Positions 23,630-35,070 of a stretch of 53,067 nucleotides of DNA are shown piece after piece; positions within the stretch are counted from its first letter, which is position 1; each line of letters starts with the position of its first letter. Location: the NCBI GenBank assembly GCA_021432655.1, contig MU271494.1, positions 1 through 53,067 of the forward strand. The letters run 5' to 3'. Under the pieces are notes generated by a model. It saw only the letters and a program-made list of their open reading frames with translations, was not told the DNA's origin and made no database searches. This DNA is from Atractiella rhizophila (Eukaryota). Both the position numbers and the translations under genes were made by a program.

Positions 23630-25955
23630 TGCTGTCTCCGGTCTCCTAGCAAAGAGTACTCTGCTCCGATAGCTCTGTGGGCCTCTTTTACTGGCTTTCC
23701 AGGGTTTGTAGCTGCCCACGAAGCATGACGAGCATTCTCGTAAGCTAATCTGATCCTGCTATCAGGTACTGCGCTGTAAAAGCCATACTGAGAAAGGCTT
23801 ACTTTCCACTAATCTCACTCGTGCTCCTGAAGACTATTCACTGCCATTAGATCCATTTGAGGATGAATGTGAACGCACACCGCTGCCTCCAGAAACATCT
23901 TCACCGCATCCACTGCTCTCTTCCCTCTTTCACGTTCCCTACATCCTCCCGTTCCAAGTCCAGAACCTGCACCATTCGTCGTATCTACACCTCCGCCACC
24001 GCCTCCACTCGCAATCGCACCCACACTTCTGCCGCCACTTCCAATTTTGCTCACACCCACACTTCCACCACACATTGCGGTCGCACCGGTGGGTTTCTGG
24101 GCTCTCGGAATCGCGACAGAAGGGAGGGTAGGAGGTGGGATCGATCCGGGAGGTAGATTGAGCAATTGCGTTAGGGAAGTGAGGCAGGAGGTGGTTGCTC
24201 GCTGGTTGGGATTTGAGTGGAATGTTCAATCTTACATGGAGAGCAGCTAATTTGACGAGATGACAGACAGACCTGCAGTTGAAATATATCCGACTTGTCT
24301 GCTCTGCAGAGCAGCATCAGACGTACTGAGTGGAGAACCGGCAGGCTGGAGACGAGAGCTGGGCCATGCGGTTTTCTGAGAAGTGGGAGTGTGTGACGCT
24401 ATCACAAATATCAGTCAAGGCAAAAGAAGTGCGAAAAGACAACCTTCTGTTTCAAAAGTTGGATGTCCTATGATTGGCCTGGGATGCTGAGCGCTGGTTG
24501 AAGTGTGAACAGCTGGGGCAAGGTGAGAATTAGGACGCCGGGTAGGTCGGAGAACGCACCGTTAGCGAGGAGGAGTAGGGACGATGCACCTGCACCGTAA
24601 GTAAGATCAGCGGGAATGGGTAACAACAGAGCGCGCACCTGCCAATGGATCTGCTGCAGCGGGAGGGATGTAACTACCTGCATCAAACCCTGTGCCAGTA
24701 GAAACATCATCCACAAGATCCTTAATAGGTTCCTGAGCACCATCGTCACCACTTCCTGCCCGATTGGTCAATCCCCCTAGCACAAGTTCAGCCGCCTCCA
24801 TTGTCATAGTAATCGTAGTACACTCAGTTCCAGGAGGAATGAATGTGGATGGAGAAGTGACAGATTGGGAGCCCCACGTTTGAGAGCGGAGGGGAGGTTC
24901 GGTGAAGGTATACGGTTGGAGAGGAGGCTGAGGCTGCTGATTCGTGTAATCTGAGGAGGGGACGTTTGTCTCGACATCGAGATTCTCAGCTCTACAGAAC
25001 CAATCAGCTGCATCCTCTCTCAAATGAAGACCTCATACTTTTATAGAGGGACTATCTTCGGCAGCAGTCGCTTTCTTTTTCTTCCTCAAATAAATATAAC
25101 CATCTCCTGATTCCTTGTGCTTTTTACTTGTCTTCCTCTCTTTGGAATTCACTTCCAGGGGACGTCCGGTATTCTTCAAGATGGGCTGGGCATCCTTCAG
25201 TTCAGTCTTGATCTGCGCTTTCTTCTCCGTCCGTACAATACTCCGTTTCCTAGTATAGCTTGCAGCATTGAGAAAATAGAGAGCTTTGAAATAATCATCA
25301 CAATAGCCGAGGAGAGGGAAACGTTCAATGAATGCGTGTAAGAGTTGATTGGTATACGTGGAGTCTATTTGGCTGTAGTTCTTTCCAAGAAACCGCTGAT
25401 CGTTCGCTTTCGCACCGAAGCACTCTTTCCAGGCTGTACCGATCCATTCCCTGATCTGCTCGGTTTGGATAGGCGAGATTGGTTGGTCGTCTTCACCCTG
25501 AATGAAGTCCTGTGTCGTTCCTTTCCACGCATCTTTTCCGAGCTTCTTGTAAGCGTCATTCCAAGCCTTGAATTCCGCACTTGTCCAGCAGGTTATCATG
25601 GGGAAATCAACTCGGTTGAATCTTGGAATCGCGGTAGCATCAGAACTGCATCGGTATGGCTCCGGGAGACTAAATGACGATCTGGAGGAGTCATGAGGAT
25701 GAGGCAGTGGCTGAGCTGGAGGTGGTGTGTGATTGTAATCTTGAAAGCTGTCGTATAGCGATCTAACATGCCCATTGCATATGCATCATAATGTGTACTA
25801 ATAAGTGCGGATGGGAGAACGGACCTGAGAACCCTAATCTCAGTCTGCAGAGCTATATTCTCATCATGTGCTTGTCGATACACAGGACTGAAAGCGAGAA
25901 GATCAGTTGTCGTGACACTGGCCAAGATTTGCCGAAGATTTGGGGGCTCTGAAAG
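23630..25955 (-). CDS. Multi-exon hypothetical protein (FPLLGYCDDYFKA domain, Pro-rich linker, C-terminal HMG-box-like segment); 5' end apparently cut by an insertion
   Basis: ORF 25033-25599 (FIQGEDDQPISPIQTEQIREWIGTAW...FIERFPLLGYCDDYFKA), plus ORFs 24607-25023 and 23815-24165. A short exon near 23630-23760 reads RIRLAYENARHASWAATNPGKPVKEAHRAIGAEYSLLGDRRQQ. GT-AG introns are visible. It may be a pseudogene. Confidence 0.5.
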
Positions 25956-28900
25956 GGCAAACTGGTCGCCCCGAGGGTTTTGCGCTCCATTTCGGGGGGA
26001 TTTGCGCCGCATCAGCTGCGAACACAAAAGTGGTCGCCATCGAATATTATGGAATGCAAAAACGTAGTAATGATTAATGCTTCATCATGGACATAATTTA
26101 AACTGATCCAGTGTCTATGAAAAGGAATGTGTCTGTCTCTGAAGGAAAAAAAAAATAAAGATATGGGTATGTTGAAACTTGAAATGTGATCGCACCTTCC
26201 GACATCAATACCCAATGTGTTTTCCCGTTAAGTCGCTTGAACGCAATGTATATGATGCCGTTGTTGCCCTGTATAACATGTAATAACGATGAGTGAACAT
26301 TAAAAAAGCGGAGGACAAAACACACACCTCATATACATCAAAAAATGCAATTCCACATTGCTTCACCATTATCTATCGTATTTTAGACGTGAGTAGCGCA
26401 AATGGGAGGCTTGAGATGTAGCTTCACCGACGTATAATGTATATTGAGAACCAGCGAATATTAAAAAGAGCGGTGGACAAAACATGCACTTCATATACAT
26501 CAAAAAACACAATTCCTCATTGCTTCGCTATTATCCATTGTTTTTAGACGTGAGGGCGAGAAGCGATGGGCTTGGGGGCTAGATATTACTACGTATAATG
26601 CGTAATAAGAGTGAGCAAACATCAAAAAAGGCGAAGGAAAAAATACACATCCTATATATGTCAAACATATGATTCCATATTACTTCGCCATTATCCATCG
26701 TATCTCAGGCGTGAGTACATCGAATGTAAGGCCTGAGAGCTAGCTATCACGATGTATGAGGATTATTAGCATTGAGGGGATATTAACAAAGCAGAGCATC
26801 AACTCACATTATATTTACATTGTCTGACTCCGCGAATGATTTTGTCTTTCGGAACACCCTTCTCTGCATTGTAATACGCAGGGTTCAAGATAAGCTGGGG
26901 GTTTTTATAGTTCTCAGCAAACAACTTCAGCTGCTTATCTGTCATTGAAGAAATAGCTTTGAACTGGAGTCGGCAGGCTGCAAGCTTCCAGAAGGCATCA
27001 GAGTACATTTGAATTGTACTCTTCTCCTGATAATCTGCAAACAAAGTGCCTGTTGCTGAAGTAAAGGTCTGTGACGTTCGAGATTGGGAGACATTCGTAG
27101 GCAGAGGAACTGGTGGTGGTTGTGCTTCCACATCCATACTTGTGGAAGATGAGGACTGGTTCAATTTTATAAAGTTCCAAAAAGAAGGTAGCGGAGGTGG
27201 TTTGATATCTGGCTCCAAAAGTTCTCGATTTAGATGAGGGCGTTTGGAGGAGATGGCGAGCGTAGTAGTGGCATCATCCTCACTATCCAATTGGGTCGCC
27301 ATACGCTTTTCTGGCAAGCAAGATGAACTGATTGTAGAATGTTATAAAGGAGTGTTCTTGGGTTTCTATAACAGCTCAGTATGAATATATTCTCACGTTG
27401 AGAAGACTGGGAAAGAGAAGACTTACAGCCTTCAGAAACACCTCCATTTCAACATCAGAGTCCACAGGAAGCTCACCATTCATGACAACCGTTCCATTCA
27501 TAACAGCCATAACAATCACTTCGGGTGTTCAATATCATCTGGTTTGAGAGTTTAGAGGAGCTCCTTTTGCTTTGCTTTATAGCGATCTAGGTCAACTCCT
27601 GTAAATCTAAACTCATGGAATATCAATAAATGTACTACTCCCAGTAGCATATACAGAAAACATACTGCTTTTCACGCTTGACCAATCCAAACTCGTGCTT
27701 CGAAAAGATGTCCAGCAGTTTAGGCTGGCTTGAAGAGTATAAGATTTCTTCCAGGCGAAGATTCCGATCCACAAGAAAGATGTGGTGGGTACCAGCCTCA
27801 ATAACCTTCTTGCGAAATGCTCATGATGGTGAGTCAGCTGGCTGAGAGCGGTTCTTAATTTTGACAAGGAGGTTTTGCGTAAGAAGATATCGGGAAGGAC
27901 ACTCAGAACAGTCGTAAGAGAAGAAGCCGATCCATAAAATGGCTCGCCAGCTGCATTATGCCAGTTTTCATTATTTGATGTCGTCAACGGGAGTTGCTGA
28001 TGCTTTGGAATAAGGCATCCCTTCGCAATGTGACATTTTTGAAGCTCAAATGTGGCACAGCACTTGTTCCAAAGATCAGGATTCTTCTTGAACTTGTCTT
28101 CAGCTTTCGTAAGCCGCTCCAAGCTTTCTTCAACTGAATAACACTCAGCAACCCCACCGTGCAAGTCTGCCTTCTTCTTCAAGATTGCGTCTCGAAATGC
28201 CACAACGAAATTTGCTCGTCTCGCCAGGTGCTCCTGCCTTGTCGACTATGGAGATTGGGCTGGTCCTCCAAACTCCATCGAAGACTGTGTTCAGGGTTGA
28301 CACTGTGAATGGGCCGAGGAGACGGTTCAGCAGACGTTCCTCCTGGCACCAACTGCATACGAAGGCTTTCTTTGCTTTGGAGGTGTGAAGGGTAGAAGTG
28401 TTCGGGGGGTGAATTTAAAAAAGTCCGTGTCGGCAATGCAAGCTGGGAAGCCATTGTGGATCCAGTTAGGGATATGAATTTCGGAGTTGAGATACAAGTC
28501 GTGAAGGCCGAAGCGGTTGATGTAGTATTCGAATATGTCTGCGTTGCATTGTACGTTGTAATGATTTGTTGTAAAGGGTCATTGGAATAGGCGATTTTGA
28601 TCATAGGCTCAAGGATGCTGGGGAGTGGGACTTCAACGGGTTGGTGGAGCACTAGTTGCCTGTGAAGGTATGTTAGCTGAATTGAAAGAACATGAGGCTA
28701 AAGCAGACCCTGCAGTCTGGCTTGTCACAAGCGCTGCAGGTGTGCTTGCCGGCGCTGCCACGGTCTCCCCATTTGCATCCAGAATGCAGTTGATGGAAGA
28801 AGTATCCTATCACTACTTCCTTCAACAATGAGCTTCCCTCGTCCCTGACCTTCAGCAGCCAGGTTCTTTCCTCCAGCTTCAGAAATGGTTCTGGTGGAGT

Positions 28901-29800
28901 AGCAGTCATTGTATCTGTGACCGTTGTACTGGCACCAGACATACTCATCTTTTCTTGCTCGCGATCAATGGGGTGGGGACTGGCTGTGGTAGGTGCGGAT
29001 GGCTTGTTTGAGGAGTGGTTCTCGAACTTTGTACGAAAGGCTTCTGTGCATGTGCGTGAGTTGCAGGTGGTGCATGGCTCCTCAACTTGCTTTCGACTTC
29101 AAGGAGCATCCATTGTTCCTGCTCTGGAACATATTGAGTGTGTACCTGATCTGGGGAACAAAAAATGACATGAGGGATTGCTTTGGTGGATCTTTTGGCA
29201 TTTAATGGCTACACGTAGCCAGATTGGCCAGTCATCGAACCAGGCTGCCGAACTGATGGAAACCGCACAGAGGCATGAGGTGTCGTGGGCATCCTTGATG
29301 AAGTCGATGAAGCGGCATAAATCCCTTGAAAGGTTTGGTTTGTTGGTTTTGGAAGAACCTGGAGGTAACTGTTCATGGCTAAGTCCCGTTTTAAAACTCC
29401 TCCACAACCGCTGTTTGCAAAGGTCAAGACCAATCTTGCATCTCCTTAACAGGTCACTCTCACTGCAACGGCAAATCAGCAAACCACTAACCAGCGCCAG
29501 CTACCGCTTCCATATCTTCTCTGCTCTTTTCGATAACGACTCGATCCGCTCCGGCTTTCCATCTTCTGCGAATAATGGGAGGGGGAGGGACGGAACATCT
29601 GAAGCTGGAGTGACGGAGCGACAAGAGGAGTTGGAAGATTGGCAGAAAGGGGAATGTGCACGAGCAAGGCGTGAAACTTGAACCAGTTGTCTCTGTAAAA
29701 AATCAGATGAAGTATGTTGATGCGGCCGCCCTGTTGCTCCTGCCGGGCTGGACGGCACCATGGTCTAGGTGGATGAGCCCTGAAGAACAACTGACATTGC
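25956..29800 (-). mobile_element. Unclassified satellite-tipped DNA element with decayed transposase-like gene (copy B, longest)
   Basis: A sharp end ggcaaactggtcg at 25956 is shared with 41377. ~161-bp repeats lie at 26361, 26523 and 26683. Broken ORFs 26799-27317, 27613-28203 (AFRDAILKKKA..ELQKCHIAKGCL..TTSNNENWH..LPDIFLRK) and 28179-29760. The far end is not located. Confidence 0.7.
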
Positions 29801-30261
29801 ACTGTGGAATTTTCAGTTGGTTTTGGCGGACTGAAATTTGATCGCGCAGTGACTGACTATTGAAGGAACTGCCTGAACATTGAGCGATCGTTCCCTTCCA
29901 ACTGTGTAATCTAGCCTTTCTTCCACATCTCTAACTAGCAATAACATAGGCACGCCTCTTCAAGCTATCACACTGCTGACAGTGAGGATCAGCTAAAGTA
30001 AGATACCTCTAGTCGAATGCTGTACAGTGTTTTCTGGGTCGAGTTGATTTTTGTACTCAGGCTATTGATCAAACACTCGGATGAAGCGCCAACCGCAACT
30101 GGTAGACTGTTTCACACAACTTGACAGAAGTTTGGGCCCAAAACTGAACATATATAATTGCATTTGACATATTTAGACAATCCAGACAGCAATTTAGTTC
30201 TCCATCGATGCTGCCTCTGGCAGCAACAGAAGCACCCCAGGCAGTCACTTGCAAAGGTAAT

Positions 30262-31244
30262 TCAACCACCAATCTTGCCCAAAGCAAAACTGACGGCCTG
30301 GTTTTGGTATGTGCTGACGACGACGAGATGGTCGTTGACGTTCCCACCGCGTGCGCTATTGCAGGGATCACTCGCTATTATTGAAGGGAGGTGGCGGTGG
30401 GAACGCACCAAACAGGATCATTCACCAGGCAGTAGCTCTGCAGCACGGACGAGAAAGCATTCAGTGCTCCAGAGGCACGAGGGGAAAGCCCACTCCTGGT
30501 ATATGGTAGTCGGCATCAGATTAGCGGGGAAAGATGTAGGGTTGCGCACCTTGCATTCCCGGTGCCAGCGTTGAAAGGTTGGTTCGCCGTGTGTGTTGGC
30601 TGAATTTGGTCATGTTAAGTCCTTCCTACGTACAAATAGGAGAAAGACTTACATCGGCGAAAAGTATAGCAGCTTTGACTGCCCCAGCCGACATCCATCA
30701 AGTATTGCGTCGTGAAGGAAGAACTATTAAAAACTGACTGAGATCTGTTCCCGTGCTCCTTGATTGTAGCACATCAGCTACCACCTGCGCTCCTTGGCTA
30801 TAACCCATGACGACGATCTAATCCTCGATCAGTAGTAGGTAAATGATTGAAGAGAAAATATATACTTTTTGCACAGGGCAACTGGCCTTTGCGGTCGCCA
30901 ATTGCCCTTTCAGCAATGCGACTCCCTGAGATTCAGACTGGTTGTAATTTGCCCCACTAGCGGGGTAAGGCACGTCGTAGAGGGTAACAGACTGCCTGGT
31001 CTGGCCATGGATGGCATTCTCTACTGCTCCAAGTCGTCCAGGTATGGTTTCATCTGACCCTCGGAGCGCTGTTCCCATGTATCAGTATACACGAGAAAAC
31101 TGAAGTGCAGGGCTACGTGCACATTATCTTCACTGCGGTGCAGCCCTGTCGCTCTTCCAGTTTGGAGGCAGGGTCAGCAGACGGAGCGCCGCTGCTGATT
31201 ATGAGGATGGAGAAAACGCAGATCAGAGAGCGAAGAGACACCAT
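30262..31244 (-). CDS. Secreted cutinase / acetylxylan esterase (CE5), 6 exons
   Basis: The spliced product is MVSLRSLICVFSILIISSGAPS..EERQGCTAVKI / LRGSDE..DVPYPASGANYNQSESQGV..SCPVQK / IVVMGYSQGAQVVADVL / KAAILFAD / PTHTANQPFNAGTG / GLSPR..SYCLVNDPVC / ARGGNVNDHLVVVSTYQNQAVSFALGKIGG*. It has a signal peptide and the Ser-Asp-His triad. The exon count is approximate (6-7), and intron 1 needs a GC donor to stay in frame. Confidence 0.92.
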
Positions 31245-33099
31245 GTTGTCGTTTGCTCGTTGCGGTGCTGCAGAATAGGCGAGAGAGTCGCTTTTTATGC
31301 GTTTTTCGTCTCCTTACAAGGAAAAATGGAAGAACCATGCTCCAGCTCCCTCATGAAGTCGAGGGTGTAGGCATGCGGTCGTCCCACCATCGCCATCACG
31401 ACTTCTCATCGCTGGATGGGAAGTCATCTCTTCTGTCAGCCCAGAGTACTTGAAACCTTGAGCACAGCGAAGCGAGGAGAAGTTGATCCGGTGGGTTACC
31501 GGCTTTAGTGGAGGAGCATGTTTGCACGATTGACAGCTGAAGCCATCGGGCTCGAGCTGCATCCATTGGCTGCAGCTGTACCGAGCAACGACTCCAAAGC
31601 GCGGACGTCACCCCCACCTTTCAAGGAAGGCACGTTTGTCCTTGCGGATGCGGATACAGATGGGACCCTTGCTGGCGCGAAGGATCACTGCGTGGATGGA
31701 CTGAATGGAGGACACAGCGCCGAGTCGCGAAAGTGGGACTGAATATACTACAACCTCCTCGGAAGCAAGCAATAGCATGTGACCCCCTCGTTTCTCCACG
31801 ATACTTGTGACATTGGATCAAGCAGCAGCCTTGTGGAAGTGAGGCATGTCGAGTCGACCATGTATTCGGTTGGATCGAGCGAGAGGTTGGGATAAATTAA
31901 GGAGTAAGCAATGCGGGACAAAGTTACGAATGATAATTGACCTAATCAAGCACCTCTCTTCAAGACTTCTGCGCTCTAAAGATATTCCAACGTAAATGCG
32001 GAGAGGACAACGGGGACTCACTGCGGTAGCGACATTGCTGCAGCAGCGCGGAGTTCTGCCACATATTCCGACACTTCTTTGCAGAAGTCAGCTGGTTAAG
32101 GTCTCACAAGATACATGTCGAACCAACTCTGACCTCTGGGTTGCCAGACAAGAGGACTTTGTCCACGTTCCGATTCGCCCGCCTATCTCTTTGAGATTTT
32201 GTCGGGCTCAGTGCCAGTTTGTTATGAGGCAATGCAACATTCAACAATTTCCACTTTCAGGTAAAACCAAGTGACGGTGGAAGTTATTTGCAGTCAAAAC
32301 ATGAAAGGCGTGGAAACGACGAACATAAACATATCTGGATATGGAGTTGATGACGTGCATGCCAGTAACGGTTGGAATCCTACCTAGCAGAGATGGTTAC
32401 CACCAGGCATGATGTGAAGAGATTTGTATGCCTCCTCCCTTTGCTGCTCGCGGACCTTCTGGATGCCTCAATCGTGAGCCCAACAATGAGGCTGAAGAAA
32501 CCACTCAACATGCGAAGTTGAATTGAGGAAATATGACACCCCGAGAGCTCACGCAACAGCGAGAGTGGTCGCAGAAACTGATCAGATTGCTGTTCGCCAC
32601 GCCGTTCTCATCGCAAAGTTACTACTCTCTTCATCAAAACAGCGGATAACCTCTTTTACGAATGTAAAGTATGGCCGAACAAGCAAAAATGCCGCAGATA
32701 TCATTCCAGCTAGGTGAGAAAGCGTCTTTCAGCGATGAGAATGCGCGAATCCTTCTATTGCGGACTTGACACACAACAGCCATACAACTTAGTGGGAGAA
32801 CACCGCTCGCCGACAAGACATAGAGATGGATTTCCGCTCTGTCATCCAAGGTACCCAATGCTAGAATAACAAAACATTCAGTCCCACTTCGAATTCGTTG
32901 TAAACTTGATGACGAGGTAGGCCAGTCGGGTCGCACTTTAGCTGTATCGCAGCGGAACTGGGAGTAGTGAATGCTTGAACTGAACCTTTAGGTTTTGGGG
33001 TCTTTGGCTATGAGAGCTGTAAAAAATGGCTTGTGGCCAAAGTTCAAATAAGGAAGGTGAAAGAGATTAAAAGCATCGTCCTATCCCCGAACACTCTGT

Positions 33100-34120
33100 A
33101 AGAACTGTCGGATCCAGCAAGGTGAAGAAACGAACATAGTGTACATCAACCATCTCCACTATCCACTACAATTCTGGGAAGAAAAAATCAATCAGTTCCT
33201 TCCAAGTCTGAAAGTATGGAGAACAGTTTCACAGCACGAGCAAGTCAGCGAAGGAGAAACAAGCAGTTCTGATGGCCAACAGTGCAAAGGAGCTTTGGGT
33301 ACAAAACCCTTACTCCAGAGCACCGTGCTGTTCTTCAACGAGTTTACACGGCACGGCATTGTGGTGCGTCACCTCAGCTTGCCCATTTAACATCACGCAC
33401 GATAAGTACTATCGAGAAATACTCAAGGTGGGGAATGGAGGAACATGCTGCATTGCCAACCTGGATTCTCATAAAGTTGCTGATGATTGCTCCGTGATCA
33501 ATGACTATGTGAAGGGAAAGGTCAGGCAGAAGCTGCAGGTTCGTACTTTTCTCCCTAACATTTCAATGTGACTGACTGTTAGTGCAGTTAATCAAAGGCA
33601 TGTGCAGCATCAGCCTCGATGGCTGGACATTGCCACAGTCCTTCTCATATGTCCTTGCTTACCTGCATTATCACGAAAAAGGGAGGATGAAGAAGGCTGG
33701 TCTCGCTATGATCCGGTCAGTGTTGGCAGCTTAACATGTACAAGCAATGACCACTGGCTATAATCACGGAATCACATACAGGCGTTGCCATTGCAGAGAG
33801 GGTTTACAAGAGTTTGATGTTTGTGAAAGGTGATTTGCATATTTATCCTGCCTTTATGTGTGCGGCATCGCTCAACGTGTTTCCTACAAGGTCATCCTTC
33901 CCATTGCCGACAACACCTCGAACAATGACACTTTTCCGAAAGCCCCTCACTGACCTCAGCAAGTTCCCTTGGATGGTGCGCTGGGGAGGGTTGGCAATGC
34001 ACATTAGATGCTTTCCGCATATCTTAAACCTCATTGCAAAGGTACGCTGCGGCTCATTGTCACTCAGCTTCTCTGACGAGTCATCCAAATCCTTGATGTA
34101 CTCCGAAGCCTTCAGTAGAA
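33100..34120 (+). pseudogene. hAT transposase, N-terminal/catalytic half
   Basis: LWCVTSACPFNITHDKYY, CSISLDGWT, HTGVAIAERV, ADNTSNNDT and HIRCFPHILNLIAK, with introns and frameshifts. Confidence 0.88.
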
Positions 34121-35070
34121 AACCCTTGAACCAAATCTGGTTGATCCTCTGGTTTTTATCCGGGTAGGAGGGCTTCCCTGGTCGCATTCGGTCGGAACCT
34201 TCGGATGGACAAAACAATTTTTTTGCTCGACGTCCTTTCACCAGTCGCCAAGACCATGCCTACATCATTCAAACAGGGAACGACGAAGACACGGAAAAGT
34301 GAAGGGTGGGGGATCTAGTATTATATATGAGTTAGAAGCAGATTATTAGAACGAGTGGTTGACGTGAATTAGCTGCAAACGGTGAGCAGTTCCGCATCAC
34401 TACCTCGTTCATTCAAGGGTCCAGGGAATGATGGGATGTAAACAAGAAAGGTTATATCAGTGAGAATTATGCAGTAAAGAACTTGATTGCCCATCAACTC
34501 GCCATGGTCAGATGGCGCGTGTTACATTATGAGAGCAGAGTCGGTTAGGACTTTCGAATCAGTGCCATCGGTTGCTAGCTCCAGAGCACATCTCCCCTTC
34601 AATAATTACAAGCTGAACGTGAGAATTGAATAATTGAACATCAACAATGATGTGCTGGTGCACACATACTCTACGATCGCACCGATACTCGTGCATGAAA
34701 CTGGAAGGATGTGAATCTTGAGAATGCATGCGAAACGATATGTTCGGTATAAAATCCGACATACACTTGGCTATCATTGAAAGCTAGACTACATGATCAG
34801 CTGCAGGTTGCTCTCCAAAAGCGAGGCTTTAGAACCGCGTAATCTCCTCGTTCGCTCGCGGTTGATACCATGAGATCTCAGGGAATGGAGTTGTTAATAA
34901 GACCGAACTTGCCACTCCTTTGACTTGATCTAACTACTACCTCTAGCATTTAAACGATTTTGCCTCCATCTCTGCCACCATCGCAAGCATAGTAAGCAGC
35001 ATGTCGCTCCCAGTGGATACCTCGTAAATTTACCCGTCCCACTAGTCCAGACCATTTCAGCTTCTCCAAC

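Noticed and set aside
30575..30590. ggttggttcgcc as the second TIR of the element ending at 25956
   Set aside because: It is cutinase coding sequence (HTANQP), and the match is only partial.
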